In this document: in pieces, positions 26,662-36,990 of the stretch
Layout of the letters: the number at the start of each line of letters is the position of its first letter
Numbering within the stretch: position 1 is the stretch's first letter
From: an uncultured virus (IMG/VR IMGVR_UViG_3300005098_000001)
Lineage: Duplodnaviria > Heunggongvirae > Uroviricota > Caudoviricetes
IMG/VR virus record: IMGVR_UViG_3300005098_000001
DNA length: 64,000 bases
Reading direction: 5' to 3' (one strand)
Program-made: the position numbers and the translations under genes
Notes under the pieces: model-generated
The model's input: the letters and a program-made list of their open reading frames with translations, nothing else
Databases searched by the model: none
What the model was told of the DNA's origin: nothing

Positions 26662-27729
26662 ATGAAAATTGGAATTATCAGTGTCTGGTTCCATAGAGGT
26701 GCAAGTTATATAGCTCAGCAAATTGCAGATACTTTAAATGAATATGGTCATGAAATCAAAATATTAGTAAGACCTAGTAATATTAAAAGTAGGATAAAAT
26801 TTTCTACAGAATCAAAATATAATCTAGTAATTTCACCACGCTATATTATACCTGAAAATTTACTACTCTCTTTTTCAAAGAAACTTGATGGTTTAATTTT
26901 TATAGAAGAACACTTTACTTTAGATAAGATTAAAAATGTATTATCAGAATTAGATATTTGGAAGTTGAATTATGTAGTTTGGGAAAATGTTAATCCTTCA
27001 CATAAAGTTCTTTATGAAAAACTTTTTGATAAGTTAATTTGTCCTACCAGATGTAGTTATGAACATTTATCTAAATTTCTGAGTAATTGCTACTATATTC
27101 CTTGGGGAATAGATCTGAACTTTTGGAAACCTGGTCAATTAATAAAAGTTAACGAAAATAGAAGAATTAGAATGTTTTTTCCAGAAGGTTGGGGAGGAGT
27201 TTTTGAAAGAAAAAATCTGAAGGCAGTTATGAATGCTTTCAGTAATACAATTCCAACAAAAGAATGCGAATTATATATTCATACTCAATATGAATCTAAT
27301 GAACCAAAGGAAGGTCTTTTCTGGAAAAGAAGTTTTGGCGATGTTCCTTTAGAGACAATGGTAAAGGCATATCATTTTAATGATCTTGTTTTACTTCCAT
27401 CTAAGTGGGAAGGATTAGGTCTTCCTTTCATGGAAGCTTTAGCAACAGCAAGACCTGTGATCACATTAAATAAACCTCCTATGAATGAAATTATAAATGA
27501 AAAGACCGGAATTTTATGTAAGGAAAAACTCAAAATTTACTACAATGGAATATATGTCCCAGCTTATGAGATTGATGAATTGGAATTTTCAAAGGCAATG
27601 CTTTCTTACGCAAGGAATAAAAAAGTTCTAAGAGAACATCAAGAAAATGCAAGAAAAAGAGCAGAAGAAAAATTTGATTGGAATAAAAATAAAAAACATT
27701 TATTGGATTTAATAAATGAATTATCCTAA
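26662..27729 (+). CDS. GT4-like glycosyltransferase
   Basis: LPSKWEGLGLPFMEALA (EX7E motif). Confidence 0.9.
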   Translation: MKIGIISVWFHRGASYIAQQIADTLNEYGHEIKILVRPSNIKSRIKFSTESKYNLVISPRYIIPENLLLSFSKKLDGLIFIEEHFTLDKIKNVLSELDIWKLNYVVWENVNPSHKVLYEKLFDKLICPTRCSYEHLSKFLSNCYYIPWGIDLNFWKPGQLIKVNENRRIRMFFPEGWGGVFERKNLKAVMNAFSNTIPTKECELYIHTQYESNEPKEGLFWKRSFGDVPLETMVKAYHFNDLVLLPSKWEGLGLPFMEALATARPVITLNKPPMNEIINEKTGILCKEKLKIYYNGIYVPAYEIDELEFSKAMLSYARNKKVLREHQENARKRAEEKFDWNKNKKHLLDLINELS

Positions 27730-28321
27730 GGAAGTAAAAGAAATTGCAAAAGAATCTGACCTTGGTGAAGGAGGAATATTTTTTCTATATAACTTTGTGA
27801 TTGACAATTTTAAGAAAGAGGATGATTGGGCTTTAGAATTAGGAGTATGTTTAGGAAGATCTACAAGAACTATTTTATATGCATTAAAAGAGATTGGAAA
27901 AGGTTCTTTAATTTCCATTGACAATGTTTTAGATCATAGGGTCACTAAAACAATTAATTTTATAAAAAGCTATCCTAATCTAAAAAAGAGGTGGTTTTTT
28001 ATAAAGGAAGATGATAAAAATTTTTTAAATATCTTGAACACAATTGTATTTAGTATAAAAAAACTAAAACCTAGTAAGTTTGTCTTAATAGATACTAGTC
28101 ATGAATATAATCATACTTTAATTGAATTGTTTGCTTATAGTCACTTAACGAACAATATATTTTTACACGACACTGAGCTTCCTTCTGTAAATAAAGCAAT
28201 AGATCTCTTTTTAAAGATTTACGATCAAGAGTTTGAATATAAGGAGTGTGGTTTTCTTCATGGCTTCGCACATTTAAAGAGGAAAAAACCTTTGGGAGAA
28301 GTTGCTTCTCTTCTTATTTAA
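27716..28321 (+). CDS. Class I SAM methyltransferase (Methyltransf_24-like)
   Basis: LELGVCLGRST..IDTSHEY..HDT. Confidence 0.85.
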   Translation: MNYPKEVKEIAKESDLGEGGIFFLYNFVIDNFKKEDDWALELGVCLGRSTRTILYALKEIGKGSLISIDNVLDHRVTKTINFIKSYPNLKKRWFFIKEDDKNFLNILNTIVFSIKKLKPSKFVLIDTSHEYNHTLIELFAYSHLTNNIFLHDTELPSVNKAIDLFLKIYDQEFEYKECGFLHGFAHLKRKKPLGEVASLLI

Positions 28322-28352
28322 AAAAAATTTTGATTTTTTTTAGAGAAAGGTA

Positions 28353-28381
28353 TTCCCTTTCACGATGATATGTATTATAAT
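28353..28381 (+). promoter_or_regulatory. Conserved phage promoter, copy 4 (weaker -35)
   Basis: ATGATATGTAT-TATAAT upstream of the helicase/primase operon. Confidence 0.65.
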
Positions 28382-28410
28382 ATGATAAAAGATATTCGAA
28401 GGAGGTAGTC

Positions 28411-28728
28411 ATGAAGTTATCAGAATACAATTACTTAATAATTGTGGCATTGGCTAAACATAATTATGAGTCAATTTATGATAAAGAAGATCTTGTTTCA
28501 GATTATCCAACACCAGAAGAAATCTTTCTCAAAAAAGAATGGTGGGAAAGTCGAAAATCTCTTTCTAAAGACGCTCAAGAAATTATTGATTATTCTCTTT
28601 CTAATGGAGAAAAGAAAGATAAACTCACAAAATATGAAATTTCAATATATTTTAGGAATAAAGGATGGAAATGGAGAAGAATTTGGAATGCTTTTGATGA
28701 GATTAAGGAATGGCTATGTATGACATAA
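28411..28728 (+). CDS. Hypothetical protein
   Basis: AAGGAGGT RBS. Confidence 0.6.
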   Translation: MKLSEYNYLIIVALAKHNYESIYDKEDLVSDYPTPEEIFLKKEWWESRKSLSKDAQEIIDYSLSNGEKKDKLTKYEISIYFRNKGWKWRRIWNAFDEIKEWLCMT

Positions 28729-30032
28729 TTGAACTAAATCCAGTTTGGTCAAGAATTATACCTACTAGTAAGTTTTTTAGAACTTTAAGAGAAGAATTGT
28801 CTTATACTAAAATAATTTGGACAAGCAAGAAAAGGGAATTTAGGAGATTCTCTTGTATTTCTCCTTATGGATTTTTTGGATCAGGTTTCCTTGAAACTAT
28901 TGAGAAAAAGTGGCCAGAAATAAGCATTAGAAAAAATCGGAATTCAATTAAGCCAAAAATGATCTCCATTTCATGCAAACTTAGAGATTATCAAATTAAT
29001 GCTGTTTCTACCTCATTAAAGAAGAAAAGAGGAATCATATATGCACCAACGGGTTCAGGAAAGACAGTGATTGCAGCTGCTCTGATTTCATCGATTGGTA
29101 ATTGTATCTTTATTGTTCATACTAGAGCTCTTTTAGAACAACAAAGAGAAGACTTAAAAAATTTACTCGGAGAAGAAATTGGCGTATTAGGTTCTGGTGA
29201 AAGAGAGATTAATAAAACTATGGTTTGTACAATTCAATCACTTTCTAATCTAGAAAAGAGAGAATTAAAAAAGTTCGAACATTATCAAATGTTATTGGTT
29301 GACGAAGCTCACCATTCTCATTCAGCTTCATATCAAAAGATTTTAAAAGCTATTAAAGCACCTTATAGATTTGGGCTTACTGCTACCCCTCATAGATTAT
29401 GGACAAAAGAAGAATATATGAAAACAACTGCATTTTTAGGACCAATAATATTTGAAGTAAAATACAAAGAATTAGAGGAAAAAGGTTACCTTGCTTGTCC
29501 TATTGTATATATTTTTACAGTTAGACATTTCAAACTGAGTTCTAATTGGTCACAAATCTATAGAAAAAGTATTGTAGAAAATACCATAAGAAATAGTTTA
29601 ATTGCAAAAATTGCTAAGAGAATTTCTATTAGAAAAAGTGTTTTAATACAAGTTGCTCTAATCGAGCATGGAAAAAATATAGTTAAATTTTTACCTGATG
29701 CTTTTCTTGTAAAAGGAGAAACTCCAAAAGAAGTTCAAAATCAAATTAAGGAAGCTCTAAAGAAAAAAGATATTAAAGTTGTAATTTCTACTACAGTTTG
29801 GAAAGAAGGAGTAGATATTCCTAGCTTAGACTGTGTTATTAATGCTGTGGGAAAGAAAAGTAGAATTTCAACAATACAAAGTGTAGGAAGAGCTTTAAGA
29901 CCAAAAGAAAAGGCAATAATAGTTGATTTCCTGGATATGAATCAAAAGTATCTAGAAGATCATTCAAAGGAAAGATTAAGAATTTATAGATCTTTAGGAT
30001 GGGAGGTTAAAATAATTGGACATACTAATTGA
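28710..30032 (+). CDS. SF2 DExH helicase (UvsW/XPB-like)
   Basis: LRDYQ, PTGSGKT, DEAH, TATP, EGVDIP, QSVGRALR. Confidence 0.92.
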   Translation: MAMYDIIELNPVWSRIIPTSKFFRTLREELSYTKIIWTSKKREFRRFSCISPYGFFGSGFLETIEKKWPEISIRKNRNSIKPKMISISCKLRDYQINAVSTSLKKKRGIIYAPTGSGKTVIAAALISSIGNCIFIVHTRALLEQQREDLKNLLGEEIGVLGSGEREINKTMVCTIQSLSNLEKRELKKFEHYQMLLVDEAHHSHSASYQKILKAIKAPYRFGLTATPHRLWTKEEYMKTTAFLGPIIFEVKYKELEEKGYLACPIVYIFTVRHFKLSSNWSQIYRKSIVENTIRNSLIAKIAKRISIRKSVLIQVALIEHGKNIVKFLPDAFLVKGETPKEVQNQIKEALKKKDIKVVISTTVWKEGVDIPSLDCVINAVGKKSRISTIQSVGRALRPKEKAIIVDFLDMNQKYLEDHSKERLRIYRSLGWEVKIIGHTN

Positions 30033-30912
30033 AAATTTTGATGTAATTTCTTATTTAGAAGATAAGGGAATTAAATATTGGAGAGGACCAAGAAAAAATG
30101 TAAGTAGAAACTGGATAGGAGTTAATTGTCCTTGGTGTGATGATCCATCTAATCATTTAGGAATAAACTTGGAAGGCAAAACAATAAATTGTTGGAGATG
30201 TGGCAAAAAAGGTTCGATAATGAAACTTTTATTGAAATTAGAAAGATCTTATGATTATGCTATTAGAGCCTTAATGAAATATCAAGATACTTTTGGAATT
30301 AAATTAGAGCCCATAAAGGAAATAAAAGAAATAGAACTTCCAGGAGATAATAATTTTACAAAGATGCATATAAGCTTTCTTTTAAAAAGAGGTTTAGATC
30401 CAGACTTTATTATAGATTATTACAAATTAAAAGCTTGTGGACCCATAGGAAAATATAAGTTCAGAATCATAATTCCAGTTTTTATTGGGGGTAAATTGGT
30501 TACTTTTACTTCTAGAGATGTTACCGGAAAAAGAACTAAATATATACATTGTCCTTCAAGTGAGTCAATTATTCCAATTAAATCAACTTTATACAATTTA
30601 GACAGAGTAAAGGATACTGCAGTTTTAGTCGAAGGGGTTTTTGATGTTTTTAGACTTGGGGATGGAAGTATTGCTTCTTTTGGAACTGAAGTAACAAAAA
30701 ATCAAATTTCTCTGCTTCTTAGAAAAGAAGTAAAAAGCATTTTCATAATATTTGATTCTGATGCAATTGATAAAGCAAGAAAAGTTGCAGATACATTATC
30801 TGGTTTATTTGATCACATTGAAGTCATAAAATTAGAAAAAGGAGATCCAGCAAATTTAAAAGAAGAAGAAGCAAAATTTTTGATGAAAGAAATTTTAGGA
30901 GGTCATAGATGA
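30016..30912 (+). CDS. dnaG: DnaG-like primase (Zn finger + TOPRIM)
   Basis: CPWC..H..CWRC; VEGVFD; FDSD; DPA. Confidence 0.85.
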   Translation: MDILIENFDVISYLEDKGIKYWRGPRKNVSRNWIGVNCPWCDDPSNHLGINLEGKTINCWRCGKKGSIMKLLLKLERSYDYAIRALMKYQDTFGIKLEPIKEIKEIELPGDNNFTKMHISFLLKRGLDPDFIIDYYKLKACGPIGKYKFRIIIPVFIGGKLVTFTSRDVTGKRTKYIHCPSSESIIPIKSTLYNLDRVKDTAVLVEGVFDVFRLGDGSIASFGTEVTKNQISLLLRKEVKSIFIIFDSDAIDKARKVADTLSGLFDHIEVIKLEKGDPANLKEEEAKFLMKEILGGHR

Positions 30913-31247
30913 GAGAAAGATTAATACAAAGAAGAGACTTTTGTCTTAGATTAAAGGAGAATACCTTTAAAAGTATAAAGGAATTTTCTAAAAAAAATAA
31001 CAAGTATGTGCAACAAACTATAAGAGAATCATTAAGAGAATATCTCGAAAGACATCCTATCAAAAAAGAGAAAATAAATGTTGATACTTCGTTTATGTAT
31101 GATAAAGGACCAAAAAAAGAACTTTTAGTCGGGTTTAATGGAAAGTTATATGAGGAGATTTTTGAAAGAGCAGTAGAGCATAACTTAAGTATCAATTACT
31201 ATCTCAATATAATATTAGAGAAAATTTTTAAGGGGAAGAAAAAATGA
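30909..31247 (+). CDS. Tandem ribbon-helix-helix DNA-binding protein
   Basis: FCLRL..IRESLREYL and LLVGF..SINYYLNIILE. Confidence 0.6.
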   Translation: MRERLIQRRDFCLRLKENTFKSIKEFSKKNNKYVQQTIRESLREYLERHPIKKEKINVDTSFMYDKGPKKELLVGFNGKLYEEIFERAVEHNLSINYYLNIILEKIFKGKKK

Positions 31248-31303
31248 CTAAATTCTTTCTTTTTCTGCTTTTACTTTGGTTCATTTTTATTATAGAGAGA
31301 TAA

Positions 31304-31365
31304 AGTATTACTTTTCAATAAAGTATTACTGTTGAAATAGTATTACTTTTTGAAAAAGTATTACT
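31304..31365 (+). repeat. Four AGTATTACT quasi-palindromes spaced 17-18 bp (operator/iteron array)
   Basis: Copies at 31304, 31322, 31339 and 31357. Confidence 0.9.
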
Positions 31366-32105
31366 AAAATTTTTAGTCAAGTCTTTATTGACTCTTATTG
31401 AAAGAATCTCTTAATGAAAAACTAGTTTGTGGGCCAAAATGTTCAAAAAATTTTAGTTTATACTAAAGTTATGCATAATATCTAAACCAATAGTTTAAGT
31501 TCTGTGTCTAACTGAAAACCTCGTCAAAGATGATATGACTTGGTTTTATTGATTATTATTTGGTTGATGTTAAGTTTATACTAGGAGATATAAAGTTAAA
31601 AAATTATTCTTGGATTGGATTTAGTGAAAGATTTTGTAATAGAGTCTTAGGTTTTGGAGCTTCCGGGAAAGTGCCAAAAAAGTGGCAAAAAAATAATGTG
31701 GGGGGTGGTATAAATATACCTGATTATCTATTTTTTCTTTTATTTTTAATCAAAATATGATTATCTATATTTTCCTTTTTTTTAATATAATTTAATTTTA
31801 AACTATTTAGAAAATGTATTTATATCATATCCTTTACCTTATTTCTCCGATATTATAAGCTTTTAATAATATAAAGGATAGATAGATACTTTTGCTAGTA
31901 CTAAATTAAAAGGATAGAAATAAGGTAATATTCCCGGGACTTTTGTTTTTTATTCATTTTTCTGAAAATTTAGAGGAATAGGATAGGACCGGACAAGGGA
32001 AAAATGCCTTTGCCTTTGCCTGCCCTTTGCTCTTTGCTCTCCTACAGAGGATTTTTAATCTTGGCATTTTTGTGAAAACTTCTAATTTGGGTTATAATAT
32101 TATTG

Positions 32106-32864
32106 ATGTTGAATGAGACACTTCTTCTTTTGGAGACCTGGAATTCTCTTTCTTTTGTTAGAAAACACAAAGTTGAAGAAACAAGAATACTTAATAAAAT
32201 TGATTCTGAGATTTCTAGTATTTTAGAAAGAGGTTTTACAATTTCAAAACTTGAAGAATTGATAATTAGATTTGGTAATTTAGTATCGAGTAAATCTACT
32301 TTCCTACATCCTAAACAATCTGGTATAAAGGGTATTTCCTTATTGGAGTTTTTTAATTTTAATCATGGCCGAGGCTTAGTTCTCTTAGAAAAGTATAATA
32401 AAAAACTTTTTTTGAAATTTTTAGAATTGAAAGCATCTAGTTGGTTTGAACTTTTATCAAAGTATAGTGATCAATTTCTTTTTGGGGAGTTTAATTACAT
32501 TTACAATAAGAATTTTGGGGAAGAAGAAGTTAAATTTTATGCGAGATTGAGAAAAAAATTAATTGGGATAAAGAAAAAATCTCTTTCTAAAAAGGAAGAA
32601 AAACATTTGCGTAGAGCTTCTAAAAAACTTTTTTGGTTCTTTTTGAACTTTGAAAAATTTTTACTTCCTGACTTTAGAGAGAAAAAGGATATGAAATATA
32701 CTTATGCTGATTATGTTTATTCATTATTGAAAGAAAAGTTTCCAAATTCTAGGAACTCTGATTTAATAGGTTATCTTCTTTCTAAAAAATGTCCTTATGA
32801 CCTTATGATCTTTTTGGAAAAATTAGGTATAGCTGAAAATCCTAAGAATTTTTATATTCAATGA
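32106..32864 (+). CDS. Hypothetical protein (possibly origin-associated)
   Basis: ATG at 32106 lies 7 nt after TATAAT. Confidence 0.6.
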   Translation: MLNETLLLLETWNSLSFVRKHKVEETRILNKIDSEISSILERGFTISKLEELIIRFGNLVSSKSTFLHPKQSGIKGISLLEFFNFNHGRGLVLLEKYNKKLFLKFLELKASSWFELLSKYSDQFLFGEFNYIYNKNFGEEEVKFYARLRKKLIGIKKKSLSKKEEKHLRRASKKLFWFFLNFEKFLLPDFREKKDMKYTYADYVYSLLKEKFPNSRNSDLIGYLLSKKCPYDLMIFLEKLGIAENPKNFYIQ

Positions 32865-33325
32865 GGCAGAAACAAAAAAAGAAAAAACCTTATTGGTATC
32901 GTACAGGATTTATGACTGGAGGCCGTTATGACTGGGAAGGTGAGGCCAAATTTAGAGGTTATAATTCTTCGTTTGAAATGCTTAAAGATTTTTATCTAAA
33001 GAAAAATATGAGTGTTAGTGAAATTTCAAAGGAAATAAATATTCCTGGAAACACTATAGAATTTAAGCTTAGAAAATTTGGTCTAAAGAAAGGAAAGGTT
33101 ACTTTTTATGAAAGGAAGTTTAGTGAGTTATTTCCTTTTTTGAAGGAGTGCTTAAAAGAGAATACTTTGAGAGATTGTTTTGAACTTTTAGGCTATAGAA
33201 GAGTAAGTTTTGTCAATGGTTTTTATAAGTGGTTGGTTAGGAATAAAGGACTTAGAAATGTGGGAACCCGTAAGAATCCCAAATGGCAATTTAAGACAGA
33301 TCCTGACAGTGAGCCAGAGAGATGA
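32861..33325 (+). CDS. HTH-containing protein
   Basis: MSVSEISKEINIPGNTIEFKLRKFG. Confidence 0.6.
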   Translation: MRQKQKKKKPYWYRTGFMTGGRYDWEGEAKFRGYNSSFEMLKDFYLKKNMSVSEISKEINIPGNTIEFKLRKFGLKKGKVTFYERKFSELFPFLKECLKENTLRDCFELLGYRRVSFVNGFYKWLVRNKGLRNVGTRKNPKWQFKTDPDSEPER

Positions 33326-33624
33326 GGCTATTGTCCGTTTTCACACCTTTGATGATATGTATATTTTCTTATTTATTAATGAAATGGAATAAGGTCTCGC
33401 TTCAAATTTGCCTAAAAAGATTATTACTATTAATTTTCTATTTTTCTGGAATAATTTATTATTTCGGGATTAATTTTAATTTTCGATATAATCCTAACAT
33501 TGAACCAGAGGGACAAGGATATATCCCTTTTTCACATATTTTGGATTATGTGTATTTTTATATACCTTATATCTTTAAAGTAAGGTTCTGCTTCAAATTT
33601 GCCCAGGAAGGTTGGTATGACTAG
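33322..33624 (+). CDS. Putative membrane protein
   Basis: ATGA-coupled, hydrophobic. Confidence 0.35.
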   Translation: MRLLSVFTPLMICIFSYLLMKWNKVSLQICLKRLLLLIFYFSGIIYYFGINFNFRYNPNIEPEGQGYIPFSHILDYVYFYIPYIFKVRFCFKFAQEGWYD

Positions 33625-35158
33625 ACTTTGGGAAAGAGAAATTTTCGAATCTTCTTTGGAGGAAAAAATAATAATTGGTTTGATTGTATCAGATAACTTT
33701 TGTAAATTTATGATTCCGAAATTAAAATCGGAATACTTTAGAAGTCCCTTTTGCAGAATTTTGAGTAAGTGGATCTTTTCTTATTATAGGAAATTTAAAG
33801 TTGCACCAAAGAAAAATATCAATGAGATTTTTGATTCCAAAAAAGAAAAGCTTTCTCAAGAAGAGATTGAAATAATACATTCTTTTTTGACAAGAATTGA
33901 TGAAAGGTATCAAACCGAAAAAGATTTTAATATTGAATATTTAGCTCAAATAACAGATGAGTTTATTAGGAAAAGAAGTTTAGAAATTTTAAATGAAAAA
34001 ATTGATTTACTCTTAAAGAGAGGAAAAGAAAAAGAAGCAGAAAATCTGATCTTGAAATATAAAAGGAAAAGTGATTCAATGACCGTCCATTCTCTTGATG
34101 AATTAATTTCTATACACCAACTTTTTTCAATAGAAGAAAGTTTATTTTGTCTTCCTGGAAAATTAGGAGATTTTATAGGTCCTTTTGAAAGAGGTTGGTT
34201 AGTTGCAATTTTAGCTCCAATGAAAAGAGGAAAAACCTGGTGGCTTCAGGATCTATCTTTCAGAGCTTTAATTTCGGGATTGAAAGTTTTATTTGTTTCA
34301 TTAGAAATGCCTATGAAAGATATTGTAAATAGGTGGGTACAAATTGCATCGGGTTATTGTACAAATGATTCTGAATATTATCTTTTTGATTGTTTGAAAA
34401 ATAAAAGATCAACTTGTACTTTGGAGTTTAGAAAAAATAAAAGTAATTATGGAACTAAAAAGTATATTCCTTGTACTTATTGTAGAGATTGTGAAGAGTA
34501 TAAAGAATTTTATGAACCTTGTCTTAGTCGTTTTGTGAGAAAGAAGGATAATGATTTTTCTAATGCATTGAAGGAAATAAGAAGAATTTCGAAATATTTT
34601 AAATTGGGGAGATTAAAATTCGAATGTTTTCCTACTTACTCAGTTACTTTAGGTCAAATCTTTAATATTATTGATCATTTGGAATTAATTGAAGATTTTC
34701 CTCCCGATGTAGTTGTAATAGATTATGCTGATTTAATAAGACCAAGAGCTAGGTATGAGTCTTTGAGAGAAGGGATTGGGGAAATTTGGAGTGAATTGAA
34801 AAGAATAGCTACCGAGAAACATTGTCTTGTTATTACTGCTTCTCAATCTACTAGAAGATCTATTTCTAAATTTCTTGTTGGACAAGAAGATGTAGCAGAG
34901 GATATTAGAAAAGTTGCAGTTGTAGATGTAATGATAGCATTAAATCAGTCTTCACAAGAGAGAGAAAAAAATATTTTAAGAGTAGGTATTTTAGCTCATA
35001 GACACCATAGTTTTTCTTCAAGACAAGTAGTTGTTGCTTATAATTATAATATGGGGCAAACAATTTTGGATTCCGAATATTTTGATAATGTTAAAGAGAT
35101 TTTGGAAAGAGATTTAAAAATTTTTTATAAGGATAGGGAAAAAGGAGGGGAACTATGA
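33617..35158 (+). CDS. dnaB: DnaB-like replicative helicase with a Cys-rich insertion
   Basis: APMKRGKT, SLEM, IDYAD, TASQ, AED. Confidence 0.88.
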   Translation: MTRLWEREIFESSLEEKIIIGLIVSDNFCKFMIPKLKSEYFRSPFCRILSKWIFSYYRKFKVAPKKNINEIFDSKKEKLSQEEIEIIHSFLTRIDERYQTEKDFNIEYLAQITDEFIRKRSLEILNEKIDLLLKRGKEKEAENLILKYKRKSDSMTVHSLDELISIHQLFSIEESLFCLPGKLGDFIGPFERGWLVAILAPMKRGKTWWLQDLSFRALISGLKVLFVSLEMPMKDIVNRWVQIASGYCTNDSEYYLFDCLKNKRSTCTLEFRKNKSNYGTKKYIPCTYCRDCEEYKEFYEPCLSRFVRKKDNDFSNALKEIRRISKYFKLGRLKFECFPTYSVTLGQIFNIIDHLELIEDFPPDVVVIDYADLIRPRARYESLREGIGEIWSELKRIATEKHCLVITASQSTRRSISKFLVGQEDVAEDIRKVAVVDVMIALNQSSQEREKNILRVGILAHRHHSFSSRQVVVAYNYNMGQTILDSEYFDNVKEILERDLKIFYKDREKGGEL

Positions 35159-35958
35159 AAGTAGGAATAATAGGTTTAGGTGTAGTTGGTTCTGCATTAA
35201 AATTTGGTTTTGAAAAGTTAGGTCATAAAGTATTTGTATATGATAAAAAGTTTAAGGATACTAAAATTGAGGATTTGATGGAAACTGATTTAATTTTTAT
35301 TTGTGTTCCAACTCCAAATTATCAAAATGGTCATTGTGATTTATCTAATGTGCATATAATTGCAAATGAACTTAATTCTTTAAGTTATAAAGGGCTAGTT
35401 GTGGTTAAATCTACTGTTCCACCTAAGACAACAGATCAGCTTTCTTGGCTTTATAAGGAATTGAGATTTTCTTGTTGCCCAGAATTTTTGAGAGAGAGAT
35501 GCTCTATTTCTGATTTTTGTGAAAATCTCTTTTTAGTTTGTGGTGTTTATAATGATGGTGACTTTGAATTATTAAGGAAGGTACATGGCCATTTTCCAAG
35601 AAAGATTTTTAAAGTAAGACCTATTGAAGCAGAATTAATAAAATACTTTCACAATATTTACAATATGCTAAGAATTGTCTTTGCTAATGAATTCTATGAA
35701 GTGTGTGAGTTTTTAGATGTAGACTATATGAAGGTTAAGAATATAGCAATACAAAATTTTTTGGCCTCTCCTAATTTTTATTTAGACTGTTCTCCAAGTT
35801 GGAGAGGAGCAGGAGGACCTTGTCTTCCTAAAGATACTTTGGCTTTTGCAGCTTTTGTTAGATTTTTAGGTATTCGTGATTTAAAACTATTTGAGTTTCT
35901 TTATGAAGAAAATAAGAAATTTCAAGTTACGGTTCCAGAAGGAATGAGAAAGGAATAA
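35155..35958 (+). CDS. UDP-glucose/GDP-mannose dehydrogenase family (short form lacking the C-terminal domain)
   Basis: GLGVVG, CVPTP, KSTVPP, PEFLRE, AELIKY..N, GAGGPCLPKD. Confidence 0.9.
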   Translation: MKVGIIGLGVVGSALKFGFEKLGHKVFVYDKKFKDTKIEDLMETDLIFICVPTPNYQNGHCDLSNVHIIANELNSLSYKGLVVVKSTVPPKTTDQLSWLYKELRFSCCPEFLRERCSISDFCENLFLVCGVYNDGDFELLRKVHGHFPRKIFKVRPIEAELIKYFHNIYNMLRIVFANEFYEVCEFLDVDYMKVKNIAIQNFLASPNFYLDCSPSWRGAGGPCLPKDTLAFAAFVRFLGIRDLKLFEFLYEENKKFQVTVPEGMRKE

Positions 35959-36009
35959 AAATTTTGAAAAGAGGTTGGATATTTTGTATAATAAAAGTAG
36001 GAGGAAATA

Positions 36010-36990
36010 GTGAAAGTTTTAATAACAGGAAGTTCTGGTTTTTTAGGAAGTTATATGGTTCAAGAATTTGTTGATAATGGTCACGTTGTAATAGGAGTTG
36101 ATTTGGAGAAAGTTGTTTCTGTTTGGGATTATTGGAATTCAAATGGTTCTAATTTTATTTTTGTTCAAGGAAATGCTAAAAATTTCAGTTTGATGAAAGA
36201 ACTGATTGAGGGTTGTGATGTTTTAATTGCTAATGCAGCTAAAGTAGGTGGAATTGGTTATTTCCATTTGTATCCTTACACCATTATAAGAGAAAATGAA
36301 CTACTTACCAAGACTGCATTTGATGCTGCAATTTGGGCATATAGAAGATCCTCTTTAAAAAAGATCATTCTTATTTCTTCTTCTATGATTTATGAAAGTG
36401 CAATAAGTTTTCCAACAAAGGAAGGAGATGAATACTTTAGTTTCCCCCCAAAGTCAGTATATGGTTTTCAAAAGTTAACATTACATTTTTGGGCAAAAGC
36501 AGCCTATGAACAATATAATCTTCCTTATGTGATTATTATTCCTTTTAATGCCTATGGGATTGGGGAAAGAATTGATAGAGTGGGTCTAAAATCTCATCTT
36601 TCGCATGTAATTCCCGATTTGATAGTTAAAATTTATAAAAGTGATGCACCAGTTAAAATTTTAGGGGATGGAAGTCAAATTAGACATTTTACTTATGCTG
36701 GTGATATTGCAAAAGCAGTTAGGTTAATAGCAGAAAGTGATATTGTAAATGAGGAATTCAATGTTTCTTATCCTTATGGAATGAAAATTATAGAGTTAGC
36801 TCAAAAGATTTGGAAGAAGATAAAATCTACTCCTTTAAAGTGTGAATTTATTAAAGGTTACCCTTATGATGTAAAAAAGAGAATTCCTGATACAAAGAAA
36901 CTTTCTGAGTTGATAGGATTTGTTCCAGAAACAAAATTAGATGATAAACTTGAGGAGTTGATTAAATGGTATACAGAACAGATTCTGTAA
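36010..36990 (+). CDS. NAD-dependent NDP-sugar epimerase/dehydratase/decarboxylase
   Basis: TGSSGFLG, SSS, YGFQK, FNAYG, GDGSQIRHF. Confidence 0.9.
   Translation: MKVLITGSSGFLGSYMVQEFVDNGHVVIGVDLEKVVSVWDYWNSNGSNFIFVQGNAKNFSLMKELIEGCDVLIANAAKVGGIGYFHLYPYTIIRENELLTKTAFDAAIWAYRRSSLKKIILISSSMIYESAISFPTKEGDEYFSFPPKSVYGFQKLTLHFWAKAAYEQYNLPYVIIIPFNAYGIGERIDRVGLKSHLSHVIPDLIVKIYKSDAPVKILGDGSQIRHFTYAGDIAKAVRLIAESDIVNEEFNVSYPYGMKIIELAQKIWKKIKSTPLKCEFIKGYPYDVKKRIPDTKKLSELIGFVPETKLDDKLEELIKWYTEQIL

Noticed and set aside
31560..31760. 66-aa ORF in the origin-like gap
   Set aside because: TTG start, no RBS, no motif; treated as non-coding.
34360..34540. Intein in DnaB (also considered for DnaE)
   Set aside because: No C-terminal HN-C/S/T junction or LAGLIDADG motifs; the insert is short and Cys-rich.
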